The notes: a model not told the origin generated them from the letters alone. Positions 14,031 to 27,609 are shown, counted from the whole stretch's first letter. The stretch: DNA of 63,779 nt, filler included, from Octopus bimaculoides (GCF_001194135.2; 7 parts of 7 records of this genome joined end to end with filler, not necessarily neighbours in it); one strand, 5' to 3'. Numbers and translations are program-made.

Positions 14031-16291
14031 GCGTGCATGCGTGTGTGTGTTAAGATGTACACTCTTACGTATTATGTTCTATACTTCTTGTCCCTTCCAA
14101 CAAACTTACAAACACACACACAGGCATGCACGCGCACATATACATAAACACACGCACGCACACACACATGCATTGGCCGATAGAGATCGAGAGATAAATG
14201 AATAGTTGGATTCACGCAAACATATACATATATTATACATACATGTATAAAACTGTATAAATATATTAGTATATGGTTGTGAACTGAATCTACGCATTTC
14301 ATACGTTTTTCTCTACATTCCGAAGCGTTAACATTGCCTTAAATAATCATAACCCTTAACTTGTCTTACGCGTTGTTTTCATTTCAGCACCTTCATATAC
14401 ATATGTATGTGCATTAACCTGTACTTCAATTTATATATATTAATGTGTGGGTGTGTGAGAAAGTTCAAAGACAATACACACACACACATATACATTCATA
14501 TATTTCAATACAGATTTGCTTCACATCGGCACATCTTATTTCGCCTGAACAGGAATCAAATGTGCTCGATGAAAATGTTTAAATAAATTATATTAGTTAG
14601 AGCTATGACAATAACTGTGCGAAAAGTGTAATAGTTTCGGTAGTGAAACATAAGCAAAGCAAAGCGACGAATCGACAAAATTGAATCGAAATCTTGTTAA
14701 AAATTTCACTCACCGGTTGTTTACATGGAACACTGCAGAATTCACTCTAAGCACACCCTCCGCACCTATACAGACAGAAACACTAATAGATACACGCATG
14801 TGCATGCCTGCAAATGTATATGTCTATATGTACGTGTGAAAGCATGTACATACATATTCGTATTGGTGTATATGTGAAAATACATTTACATACATATATG
14901 TTGAACTATATGCAATTTATAGAATGAATATCTGAGAAACATATACGCGTGTGTGTGTGTGTAAATGAGTATGCACATGGACACAGACATAATTCGAAAT
15001 AAGAAAACAAATTTATATGCTACCAATCATAAAACTCCCTAATGTAATCTGTTTTGCACTGTTCCAGATCTGTTCCCAATTCATATACAAAATATTCGCT
15101 TTGCTTATTTCTTTGAACAAAACTGAGGGACAAATAATGACAAATAGTTGTTTTCAAAGAAAATGTTATAATTTAGTCAACCTCTTGTGTTCCATTAGAT
15201 TTTTCTAAGCCAATCTTTTACCACCCTGCTTTTGTTCTTATGAATCAAGTACCGCCTTCTCAATTTTTTTTTTTTAAGATCAATTTTCATAGCAAATTAC
15301 ACATGCAAACGTGCTCACATCTATCCCTACAACTGCATGTGTTTCGCTTGTTATATTATAAAATGCTTCAGATTCGTAATGTTGGGTTCTGAATTAAGAA
15401 CCATCTACCATGACCATTTCTCTTGTACACACATATTTTGGATGAAAGGATTCATTTCGTTCGATAAGACAACTTTCTTTTATTGGAAACTTTTGGTATG
15501 ATTTAGAATTCTTTTCATTTTAGTTTTGTGTTCAATTCGTTTTTGTTGTAATATTATTATTACTGTAGTCGGTGTTTCCTCGTAATTTATGCTGCCACCA
15601 GTTGTTGCTTTTATTAATACTGCTGCCTGGCGCGATGTTGTTGCTTTTCTCCAGTATACTATTGTTTCTGCAATTCATGATTCTTTTTGAAATTTTTTCA
15701 TGACTTTCGTAGGTTTCAGTTTTTGTTATTTTTCCAGGATTTTAGTTTTCAGCATTTGACATATCATTCATCTTAAACGTTATAATAATCGGTTACTTTC
15801 CTCCTTTTTTTTTTATCGCCGATTTCTTTGCAGATGTGTTGCAGATGATGATAGTGAAATGATTTTATTTTTGATTAAACAAAGATTCTTCTTATGAAAA
15901 TGTGAAAATATTTGGTTAATCAATGAGCAGTGAGACAATGATAAGAGTATGCATTGTTGAATGGCAGAATGATAACAGTTGGACAGTAATCTCAATCTGA
16001 AATCAGGAATCTGTAATATGGAATCTGCAGTGCGTTATCGAAATAATATTACTTGTATCATGACCAGATAGCAGTGCTTTTTACGATAAACTGACACACA
16101 CACACATACATATCTGCACACACAAAAACGCTCCCCCCTCTCTCTCTCTTTCTCTCTGTATATATTTACGTGTATATATACGTGTGTGTGTGCATAAACA
16201 CACACATATATATGTAAGTAAGCATATGTATATACATAGATATGTGTTGACTGAGAGGGAGAAAAACTGTATGTATGTACATGTACGTGTG

Positions 16292-16336
<45 letters not shown>

Positions 16337-19235
16337 GTTTATATATATATATATGTGTGTGTGTGTGTGGGTGGGTGGGTGTGTGTGTGTGTATGTGTTT
16401 GCGTAGTAATACGATTTAAGATTTAAGTATTGCTAAAGGCTTCAGTCAATAAACAATACAATCCATCCATTGATATTACAAAGCATGAATATATTTTACA
16501 TACTTCTAAGTAAGGGATGCATGTAAGTTTGAAGGGTAAGCTCATCACTCCGGAAGAGGTGGTTATAATTGACAAGATACTGCAGATACAACTCTTCTAT
16601 ATGAGAAAGCTAATTCAGGTTCTGCCTCTTTAGAATACTTACTAACGGGTGACACAGATGTGACCCTGAAATACCTGCTGAAGATAGTGACGTATTCTAA
16701 CAATGCAATAGCTTTAGTCACTATCACAGGACGAGCCTAGAACATCTTTGTGAAGGTACTTCAGATGTGACTTCGGATAAAGTAACTCTGTTTATTTCAC
16801 CCGAAGTAGATGATACACATTTCATTGTACAATATTATACTATCTTTATATATACTAGTATTAAAGGAATATACTTGAGGCAAAGGTCTGATACCTTGAT
16901 TTAAGGACAATATCAAGTGCTCGGAGACACTTATAAACAAAGAATTTTCATAGGTTATTGTTGATGAAGCATAAAGTATTTTTTATGCTAATTTCAAACA
17001 CTTTTCAGTTTTTCAGTCGCACCTATAGTTTATGAGATGAAACTTTGTTTGGTAATTGATGAAATACTGTTTGTTAATTATATCTGAAAGAGTATTTTAG
17101 TTATTTTTTATTTGATTTTTATGGTTATTTGCCATTTAATCAGGCTTAAACCACTATGAAAAAGTCATCCAGTCTTTTCTTGCTGTGTTTAGAGTGATTT
17201 GACAGTTAACACATAACAATTGTCATGACTGTTCTTACAAAAATATACGAGATTTGCTTTGGTGTATAAATAGGCAACCAACGCAAATAGAAGGTATCTC
17301 CTGAAATTTATTTTGTTTCTCTTACCGGTCCGTATGTTTCATTAAGCAACAACAAATGATTACTACCAATTAGAAAGACACAACAAAAAAACATTATATT
17401 AACTATTGTCTTTTGGTGGTCACAAAACTGGGTTTTCTGCAATGAATAACCATAAGATTGTCTGTCCAAGTTTGTATACATAACCCATTCCAAAATGGAA
17501 CAAATTGTTAAAATTGAGCAAAATAAAAGTTATATTTTAAAGCATATACGTGCTAGAGAAACGCTAATGACATATTTAGAATTAGTGTCCAAGAGTCATT
17601 CGGAAAAGATGAAATAACAGCTTAGGTTGCTGACCAGCAAAATCGAAGCTAATGATGCTTACTCTCAACAGCCGTTTTACATCTGTCTTTGTTCTTATGC
17701 TTCCTTCCTTCCATCTACGCTATTTAAATTGACAACATCAAAAGCATATTCAAATTTTGTAAAACAAATCATATATAGGTAATAAAGTTAAGCAAATTTG
17801 GTGTTATTTCTCGATGGTTTTAAATGCATAGATACAATTCTCGTTGTGAATAAAACATCATCATATGTGCCAAAATATAGTAAAATGAGAGTTAACACTG
17901 TTAATTTAGTAGCCAATATAGTTGAATTAATTACCGTTATATAGGTAACGAGGGAAATATTTATCACTTTCATGGCTAATTCTGACATAGAAGCAAGGGA
18001 GACAAATAAAGAAATTAAATATGTCCTTACCACTAAATGTCATAATTTAAATTAAATAACATTCTGTGAATCATTACGTTACCATTAGCACCCATTTTAA
18101 TGTTTCTTCTCTTTTCTGAATATTTTTCCCCAATCATTATTATTATTGAATATAAGTACGGACGCATTGTTAAATTCTGTTTACCGCTTAATTTCAAAGC
18201 ACATTGTGATTTGAATTCTCACCATAAGGAGTCGATGGAAAAAAGACTTGTTGGTGATGATGAGGATGGTATTATAATTGTTTTTAGTTTACCTACAGGT
18301 GAACTCAGATCAAGTGTACATTTGATCATTGACATTCTACCTGTAAAAACCGCCTTTTCTATCGATAACAACGTTATCAAACGTACATTTCCTTGATAAA
18401 GACGTCAGAAATTTTTTTTTTCTATTTCTGACAAGTCACCTTGTTTCGCAATTGAAGTAAGATTAATTCAATTATCAATGAGCCCATTTTTGTAAGAAAT
18501 CTGACTTTATGTCTCATTAGGGTATAAAAAAATGTTTCGAAAACGATAAGGCATTTATAGTAATGACAGAAATGAAACAAAATAGAACATATTGCATCAC
18601 CCCTGCAATGATTATTCTCGATAATGAGCACTTGTGCCCAGATGTACACTCAAATTTTCCTCCATTAGATCGATAAAATAATACTAGTCACAAACTGTGT
18701 TTTAATACTAGTAATACATTGCAAAAATGTGATTTACTTTCGTATTCCCAATAGGTGTTTTTCAGAATCAGAACAAGGGGAGAAAATCTGAGTAATAAAA
18801 TGAAGATGGTTCTTTAGGTCTTCTATATGTTTAAAATTATGGTAAAGAAAGTATGGACGCAATCTCCGTATTCTATTTAATTTTTGACTTCGCCCTTTTT
18901 TTTTTTTACCTCATTGATAAAGATTGCGATCAGAGAAGGGCTTATTCCATAGATAGATGACAGAGATCGGGTATCAGTCAGTCAAAGAGACACTGGCTTA
19001 CCTTGATTTGGGTGTTACATAGTCAAATAAACGTGTAGAAAATTATAAATATAAAAGAAGTTTCTGTTAAACATGTTACTATTGCTGCAGGAAAGGTTGT
19101 TAAAGATTATAAACGTGGTATTTAGGTAGTTGTATGACCGTGATTAGCTTTTAACAACGTTGATGAAATGGAGAGTGAATCATTAATACAGAAAAGAATA
19201 AATTCCATGTATGAATGCGTGCATGTGTGCGTGCG

Positions 19236-19297
<62 letters not shown>

Positions 19298-19825
19298 CGC
19301 GTGTTTATCCTTAATCCTTATATAGAATACGATGTGCAATAGTGAAAACGAATGAAATATTGTACAGAGGGATTGTAATAGAGAACTAAAAATAGTGACA
19401 GGATTCAGAATAAGAAGGGAAGAGAAAGAGAAAAGAGGGAGATCAAGAAAGGGCCAATATAGCAGCAAAATGGTCGGCATATAAGTATGTAACAGTGATA
19501 GAATTTGGAGAGGAAAATGTGAATTAGATACAGAGGTAGACGGTTGGCACACACACACATACACACACAAAACCACCACACATATATATATATACAAACG
19601 TACACGCATATATACATATATATATATATCCATACATATATACACATGCACGGTGAAAAATATATGATATATATATATATGTGTGTATGTGTAAATATAT
19701 ATGTAGATATATATATATATATATANNNNNNNNNNNNNNNNNNNNNNNNNNNNNNNNNNNNNNNNNNNNTTAATTAATTAANNNNNNNNNNNNNNNNNNN
19801 NNNNNNNNNNNNNNNNNNNNNNNNN

Positions 19826-19934
19826 CCAGCGGATGTTAACATAAAGCTGAAGATCAGTGAAAAAGAGAACACCTATGCTGAACTATTGAGAAATCTGCAG
19901 TTACTCTATCCAGATTACAAGTTCAGGTTTATAC
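19826..19934 (+). pseudogene. RLE-type non-LTR retrotransposon endonuclease fragment
   Basis: PADVNIKLKISEKENTYAELLRNLQLLYPDYKFRFIPVI, starting at the gap edge. Confidence 0.65.
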
Positions 19935-20192
19935 CTGTAATTTGCTCATCAGTTGTTTGACCTTAACCAGTTGAGCATATCCCTTAGTGGTTGACAATAT
20001 GTGCATTTCTGATCACAAGCAGAAGTAGTTGGGGAGCATCATAGCCATGTGTTGAGAAGGATTTTTTGAGGTTTGATTAATTCACCCCTGGAAACATGGG
20101 AGTTTCATTCATTGTCTTTAAATAACTCTTATTCAGGGACTTTTTGAGTGGAATTGGCTACTCGACCTGAAGAAAATTCTAACTGGACCTCT
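19935..20192 (+). mobile_element. Repeat family D, internal fragment
   Basis: Reverse complement of about 58350-58590. Confidence 0.75.
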
Positions 20193-20194
20193 TC

Positions 20195-21125
20195 TAACGA
20201 TGCATGGAGCCCATCATCCATGTACAGACACTGATTTCCTGTACATGAAGAGAGCAAATGGAGGAAGGGGACTGAGAAATGTAGAAGACTGCATACGTCT
20301 CAAACTTAAGAGCTTACTGAGATACCAATTCCAAAGTAAAGAAACCTTGCTAATGTCAGTCAGGAATGAGACAGTATCGAAAGCAGAGGAAAAGGGAAAG
20401 CAAGAAGCACAAAAAGGATATGAAGAAACATTATGGAACAAGGGACACACAATCAATTCCATGTAACCACAAGAGAAGTTGTTGGAAAACAGAGGTGGGA
20501 TTGGCTGAAGAAAAGAACACTTAAAAAAAAAGAGACTGAAAGCACCATACTGGCAGCACAAGACCAAGCTTTGGCCACGAATTGGAGGGTCAACCTTAGG
20601 AATGAGCAATTGTCTCCACTGTGCTGCATCTGTGATAGAGTGGATGAAACCATTGCCCATATGATGAACGAATGCCCTAGACTTGCCCCAAACCATTGCA
20701 AGTTGTGGCAATACGATGAGATAGTGAAAGTGTTACATTGGAAAGCGTGTGAAAAGCAGGGAGTAGAGAGAGGCAAGTGGCAAGAGATAAGCATAAGCTG
20801 CAGAGAGTAGTGGAGTTGGAAACTTGCAAAATTGTGTGGGCTTTCCCAATCCAAAGATCAGGTCTTAGAGCACATCAAACCAAACCTAGTGGTGGTGGAC
20901 AAGGTGAACCATATGTGCTATTTAATTGATGTTGCATGTCCTGTTGGCCCACAAATAGTCAAGAAGGAAGGCAAAACAATAGATATTTACAATCCTCTTA
21001 AGTGTGAAATAGCCTGGCGATGGAAAGTGAAGAAGAAAGCTGCAGATTGTATCAATTATTGTTGGGTCTTTGGGGACAGAATCAGAGGGCATCAAAAGGA
21101 ATATAAAGAAAACCAGAATAGAGTG
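20195..21125 (+). pseudogene. R4/Dong-like non-LTR retrotransposon, 3' part (post-RT region, CCHC finger, restriction-like endonuclease)
   Basis: LYMKRANGGRGLRNVED; WLKK..KKETESTILAAQDQAL; CCIC..DETIAHMMNEC; KPNLVVVDK..LIDVACP..KK..Y..LK; multiple frameshifts. Confidence 0.85.
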
Positions 21126-21137
21126 CCCAGTAGAACA

Positions 21138-21262
21138 CAACCTCATGGTTCTGGGTTCAGTCTCGTTCCGTGGAACCATGGGCAAGTGTCTTCTACTTAT
21201 AGCCTTGGGCTGACCAAAGCCTTGTGAGTAGATTTGGTAGATGGAAACTGAAAGAAACCTGT

Positions 21263-21307
<45 letters not shown>

Positions 21308-21520
21308 GTATATATTTGTTTGTGTCTGTGTTTGTCTCCCACTATTGTTTGACAACTGATGTTGGTGTGCTTAGGTCCCCATAACTTAGTAGTTCAGCAA
21401 AAGAGACCGATAGAATAAGTACTAGGCTTACAAAGAATAAGTCCTGAGGTTAATTTCTTTGATTAAAGGTGGTACTCCCGCATGACCACAGTCAAATGAT
21501 TGAAACAAGTAAAAAAATAT
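21138..21520 (+). mobile_element. SINE family A, near full-length, strongly CpG-decayed, with internal (CA)/(TA) microsatellite
   Basis: Aligns to 40065-40392, with most CpGs changed to TpG/CpA (ccttgggctgacc, acctgtcata, tagtagttcagc). Confidence 0.85.
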
Positions 21521-21575
21521 ATATATTCTATATTTCATTTTTGGATTTGGTTTATGTGAGTTCGTGTATTGAAGC

Positions 21576-21872
21576 ATATTCTGTTGTGTCTGGGGAGAGT
21601 CATTCTCTTTTAGTGACTTATAATTTAACACACTCACTGGTAAAATTTCCACTTATTCCTTATTTTCATTTTCCTAAAATTTTCATTGCGTCTTGCAAAC
21701 ATTTCAATAGTCGTGCAACTCTTTTCAAGAGTCAAGACTATTGAAAAGGTTGCAAGACGCAATGAAAATTTTAGGAAAATAAAAAAAAGGAATAAGTGGA
21801 AATTTTACCAGTGAGTGTGTTAAATTATAAGGCACTAAAAGAGAATGACTCTCACCAGACACAACAAAATAT
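21576..21872 (+). mobile_element. Penelope-like inverted-arm structure with the 3' half of a hammerhead in the spacer
   Basis: 137-bp arms 21576-21712 and 21736-21872, nearly perfect inverted copies; spacer GTGCA ACTCTT TTC AAGAGT C AA. Confidence 0.65.
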
Positions 21873-22045
21873 TCTATATATTTTACTTACAAGGTATTGG
21901 AAACTTATATGTATACCATTCTGCCTAAATAATGGATTTACAAATGCAATATCCCTGCATATCTCACTTCTATTTTCATTCCTCCACTTCACTCTCTATT
22001 TCATATCTTCTCTAGAATAACTATTGCTTAACCATTTTCTCACAC

Positions 22046-22095
22046 CATCTCCGATGAAGGGATATATAAAATATGCCGGAAACAGCCGTAAGACC
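22046..22095 (+). ncRNA. Degenerate type I hammerhead motif
   Basis: TCT CCGATGA AGGGATAT ATAA AATATGCCG GAAA CAGCCG TA AGA; core has C for U, stem III is one change from ACAGCTGT. Confidence 0.5.
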
Positions 22096-22156
22096 TTCTC
22101 TTTATAAATGTTCTGAAATCTTTCACAGCCTTGGATTTTTATCTCATTCTGTTAAT

Positions 22157-22380
22157 TTTATATATATATATATATCTCAATTCTGTTGTGGTGGGCAGGT
22201 CTTCTCAAATATAGCAATGCACCACATATCTCAGTCCTCTGTCGTTTCCTTCTGTATTTTGAGATCAGCCTTCAATACTTCGTCCTATGTCTACCTGGAT
22301 CTCCCTCTCCCACAACTTCCCTCCACTTTAAATGGTCAACACTTCTTTATGCAACCGTCCTCGTCCATCTGCATGCAACT
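22157..22380 (-). pseudogene. RTE LINE C-terminal fragment
   Basis: MQMDEDGCIKKC..VEGSCGRGRSR*T*DEVLKADL..MWCIAIFEKT on -. Confidence 0.7.
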
Positions 22381-22667
22381 GCCGTCTGTCATTTTTTATG
22401 CATACATCTTTTTTTGCATGTGTGTGTGAAAGAGAGAGAGAGAGAGAGAGAGAGAATGAGTGAAGGTGTGTTGTCATGTATATTTTTATGTATGTATGCA
22501 TAAGTGGCTCTCACACTCACACACGCACACATTATTTTTCATATACACATACATACATAAATACATATGCATACATCTTTTTTGTATGTATGTGTGTGTG
22601 TGCATGAGAAAGAGTGTCACTTACACATACATGCAAAAAGATACATACATGACAACACACCTTCACA

Positions 22668-22700
<33 letters not shown>

Positions 22701-23269
22701 GTCCACCTTTCACTTTCTCCTCTCTCTCACTTTCTGCTCTCACTTCAAAGCAAACATCACCTTCCAAAGAGGAGTATAGAAATAAAATAAATTTTACGGA
22801 AATTCACGAACAATCATATGATCCCATCTGATCGAATTAGACAAGTATGTTGTTTTGAACGAAACTACCAAAATCCCTTCCCCTCTGATGTAGTTGCCTG
22901 TCTGCCTGCATGTGCATGTCTTTATTAAGCTTCAGCTATTTACATTCTTGTGTTTGCTAGATAAACGTGTGTGTAATAGGAGACTGTTCCCTATGAAATT
23001 GATATCTGAAATTAGCAAAAGAAAAATAAGCTAAATCTAAGACAGACTTCAAGTTAAATAACTTTGTCATAACTTTATTGCTCTCATTAGCGACTTTTCT
23101 GAAGCAAAACATTATTTCCCTGGAGGAAAGTAACGAAAACCTTTCAATTAAAATATGACTCAATTTATTCTTGTTTTATATAAAATGTTAAAACCCTTAA
23201 ACACAAACAACTTTGCATTTATTCCATTTTATTTATCTTTCTGTCTTGGTATATAAAATGTCGTCTGCC

Positions 23270-23505
23270 AATGGAAGGAGAAGTCACTTCCTGCCTAACT
23301 TGACCTTTGTTTAAAAAAATATATGTTCCTGAAAGAATATAAAACAGTGTCTAAAATTATAATGAAGACTATTTTAATATATAAAGATATTTTTAAAGTA
23401 GAGAGAAGTTTCTTAAAAGATTTGCAATTATTTTTAACTTATGCGAATAAATAACCTATGAGGAAAGCTTTTTGGTGGTGTGACGGACTATGCCAAGATG
23501 GCGGG
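23270..23505 (+). promoter_or_regulatory. Probable MKLN1 promoter / 5' UTR region
   Basis: CCAAT near 23269, ETS-like CACTTCCTG near 23286, YY1-like CAAGATGGCG overlapping the ATG; locally CpG-retaining. Motif calls are by eye. Confidence 0.4.
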
Positions 23506-23571
23506 TGAAAGCCACGTTTTGAAATACACTGTATATAGATGGTCAAGTTACTCCTCAAACTACGTCCCCGA
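23498..23571 (+). CDS. MKLN1: Muskelin coding exon 1
   Basis: MAGESHVLKYTVYRWSSYSSNYVP(E), similar to vertebrate LLPYALHKWSSFSSTYLPE; donor GA|GTGAGT, phase 2. Confidence 0.9.
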
Positions 23572-24286
23572 GTGAGTAAAAGGAATTTCTTAATTATACA
23601 GCAGGCTTTAAATATCTATTTATGACATTAACATCTTCATCCATATTTATTTTTTCTTGATATAAGCCGTATAGCGTAGCGATATCCTATTACGAAAACA
23701 GTTATTTTGAACCGTTTCATCTGTCCTCAGGCGTAATTTCACCGAAAATAATCGTGCTCAATTAATTAAAGTTTATTAATTAGTCACTTTCGACACTTTA
23801 CATTAATACTAATAATTTTAATATACTTTTAGTAAACTTGCCTTTGTATTTTATAAGGTTTCAATGTCTTTAATTCAAGAAGCTTCTCTCTCCCATGCGT
23901 TTCACTTATTTCTGTTTATTTACCTGGCAATATTTTTTAAAAAACTATCAACTCATTCTCTTTCTCTCACTTTTCCATTTAACTTACGTTTTTCTTTCTT
24001 TTCCCTCTCTCTCATAAATAAATTTCTTTACTTAGATCTGCTTCCCGGGCTTAATCTTTCATATTTAATGATCTTATTCATTTCTTATTTAACTGCAATA
24101 ATAATATTTAAAGAAATCCTCTCCAATATTCTCTAAAATTCCTCATCCTTACATGGTGTTCCCAGATATTAAACAACTAAACTACATTTATAAGACGATC
24201 TTAAAACATTATTTCCATCAAGTCTTTTATTATTTGTTTTTCATGTTTTACAATATTTTACCTTCTCACAACCTCTTAACGTTGTG

Positions 24287-24321
<35 letters not shown>

Positions 24322-24649
24322 ATGTATGTATATATGAAAAGTTAAACGCTACAATTTAAAGTAATCGGACGTCTTCAATTCCCTCTCACCAACTTCGCCA
24401 AATTCTTGTAGAATTTCTTTGAAGATTGGGTTTTATCGTAAAGAATTATCGACATTCGATTGAATATAATTCTAAGCTTTTATCATGATATTTTATTACA
24501 ATTTATTATCAACAAACTAACATTTACCAAACTATGTCTTCTTTGATCGGTTCATCCGTCATGTTTTCGGGTGTATAAGTTTCTGTGTAAATAATACTTG
24601 ATGTATAAATAACAATTATGGGTGCATTCCAACACAACAACAATAATAA

Positions 24650-24910
24650 TAATGATTTCATTTATTTGCCACAAGGGCGAAGGATGAGGGGGGATGGTTT
24701 CAGATTTTGGCACAAAGCCAGCAATTTTAAAGAAAGGGTGTTAGTCGACCAAAGTACTTAAATGGTACTCTATTTTATCGACCCCCTACCACTACCGAGG
24801 GACGAAAGGCAAAATGTTGACCCCCCCCCCCATCCTCGGCGGGTATAAACTCAGAACGTAAATGAGAAGAAATGCTACTAAATATTTTGTCCGCCGCGTT
24901 CACCATTCTA
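24650..24910 (-). mobile_element. SINE family C (CORE-like)
   Basis: ggtactctattttatcgacc..gaaaggcaaa..ctcagaacgtaaa matches 37474-37612. Confidence 0.65.
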
Positions 24911-25204
24911 CAAAATAATAAGAATAGTTGATTACATAAGTTTGTTTTACTTGTAATTTGTTTTTTGTTTTTTTGCATTTTAAAGACGTGAAGATTTAGC
25001 GAGGAAGTATAAAAGTTTCTTCACATATTTGAATAGGATTTCAAAGCCCGCATCCATCACTGCAGGGGTGTCACTTAACTCTTTGAACGAAGACAAGTTT
25101 TCATTCACTTGTCAATGACCCTTGTAACACAAAACTAGTTTTGTAATTACCGCTTCGATGCCTATTGTTCTATATCTCAGGTGTCATTGTTATCAGAATT
25201 GAAA

Positions 25205-25520
25205 GTTCAACACACCTTTTACTTGTTTCAGTCATTACACTGTGGCCATGCTGGGGCACCGCCTTGAAGGATTTTAGTCGAACAAATCGGCTCCATTTTT
25301 TTTTAGAGCCTGGTACTTTCTCTTTTGCCGAACCTCTAAGTTACGGGAACACAAACAAACCAACACCAGCGGTGTAGCGTACATATATACGCGACAGGCT
25401 TCTTTCAGTTTCTGCTTACCAAATCTATTCACAAGGCTTTGGTTGGTCCGAGAGTATAGTAGAAGACAAAGCTGAACCCAGAACCATGTGGTTGAGAAGC
25501 AAGCTTCTTACCACAACCAC
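25205..25520 (-). mobile_element. SINE family A
   Basis: Reverse complement of the family A body; many CpGs retained. Confidence 0.8.
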
Positions 25521-27404
25521 ACCTGGAAAATTGGCGTTAAACAGTGGTGATGATGATTTACATATATCATTTAACGTCCGTTGTCTATGCTGGCATGGGT
25601 TGGACGGTTTGGCTGGGCATGGCACGCAGGAAGGCTGCACCGTACAGTATTATATGTCCATTACAACCGATCTTACCATTTGGTTCTGCATTAGGGGTTC
25701 AATGGAGTGTTAGGTAACAGTTTGATTATGTAACCCTGTGCTCATCAGAGGTAGACGTTATGGAATTGCCTTTTTCTTCTGATTTCATCACAGAAAGATA
25801 ATTTTACAATTGCCAATCTGTATATCTATTGAAAAAGATTACTGAAAATAATGATTTTCAATTTGACTTTGCTGTAAAAATGATTTTAATGGATATTTTT
25901 GGTACACTTTTGAGGTTTTGTATGAGATCTATGAGAAGTGGTGTTTTTTTTAATCATTTTTCAAGAAAAGACACTGTTTAGGAAAATGAATTTATTTATT
26001 TCTAATAAGATTAAATTTTGACACCTCAAAAAAAAAAAATCCTTTTTTTAAGCAACATGTGCAATCTTTCCCAAAACATTCTTAACAATGTAATACTGAA
26101 CATTCACATAGCCAACAAATTGTACGTAATTCATTTCTATATTGCTAACTTGTCAGGGATATTTGTTCATCAGAACGAACCATTTCTTAGAGCAATGTAG
26201 GACAAGCATTTAACCCAGACAAGCCAACTCCCTGTCATCCACTTTTCCATTCTTGCATGGATCAAACGGAAGTCACTGAGGCAGGTTTTCTGTGATCAGA
26301 TACCTTCCCTGTCGCTAACCCTTAACCTATTTGCTAGTAAGGTAACATCACTTCATGGTCTGACATGTTTTTGTGGAAGACTGGAAATGAATAACACCCC
26401 TTTTATATAGGTGACCCTTGTTTACAACTGTCATGCAGTGTCAAGATGAGGAGGCACAAGCACGCACACACACGAATAGATGATGAGCTTCTTTTAGCTT
26501 TCATCTACCAAATCTGCTGCCAAGCTTTTGACCAGCCTGGAGCTATAACAGAAAACACCTGCCCAAGGTACCATGCAGTGGGACTGAACCCAGAACAAAC
26601 TTCTTAACTGCTCATTCATTTTCCAGTTGTAGTTATTTTGATTTGAATCACTTTACTGATGCTTTTGAAAATTGCCAGAGTGTCACAGTCATATTTCCCT
26701 TTCACATTAAATTTGAAGCTCTGCACTTGTACAAGACACCCAGGGGTATAATGAGGACTTAATATTTTCTTTCAGAAGTTCTGTTTGTTGTTGTTGTTGT
26801 TGTTCTGGTTTGTGTACCTTTGTCTAGACATCACATGGTGGTTGTGAACGAGCATTTTCATCATTAAAAGCAAGATTATTCATTTCCAATCTTCAGTGAA
26901 AAATATCTGACTATGGGGAAACAGGTGGGGGGTGAAGGTCATCCAGCCATAGAAAACTTGCCTCAAAAACCTCCATCTAACCCATGCCTATATGAAATGA
27001 TGATGATGATAATTATATTCATGCCTGTGTCTTGAGATTGTGCAATGGTTGTAAGCAAGCATCACCGTCATGCAAACAGTAACATTGTTTGCAGCCAAGG
27101 AGAAACATTCTCTTACTTGGCCACAGGAAGGGCAGGCACATCTGGCTGTAGAAAATCTGCCTCAACAAACTCTGACCCGTGCAGAAAAATGGACATTAAA
27201 ATGATGATGATGTATTTTTGGTGTGATTAAGTGTAGTAAGGACGAAAACAGATATTAGTGGCTTTTCAATTTGCAGAGTAAATTATATTGATAATTTTAT
27301 TTGTTTGGATTGGAATGTTAAAAGGCAGGAAACCAGTCTTTAGGAGGTGTTTGTAGAGAAAGACAAATAAATTCACAAGAGGAATTACTCTATTGATTTT
27401 GATG

Positions 27405-27441
<37 letters not shown>

Positions 27442-27609
27442 TATATACGGAGAGAGAGAGAGAGAGAGAATGGCTGACAATAACAATGAATGTATTGAAG
27501 ACATGTAAATAATTTCTACTGATAAAATGCCTGATGTAATTCTAATTGACCTTAGTATTACAATTGAATGAAAGAAACAAAGAAAGAAAGAACTTGTCTG
27601 TAAAGAGAG

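Noticed and set aside
14930-15210. - strand candidate exon near 15127-15020 (LFKEISKANILYMNWEQIW or FVQRNKQSEYF frames)
   Set aside because: Two frames open, weak donor, no recognisable family or phase-compatible neighbours.
16675-16730. CTGAAGA followed by a 9-bp hairpin GATAGTGAC/GTCACTATC
   Set aside because: No GAAA or NUH after the stem; simple hairpin.
25700-25755. CTGATGAG..CAAAC motif on the - strand
   Set aside because: Possibly a very decayed hammerhead, but GAAA and the stems are too disrupted to support a call.
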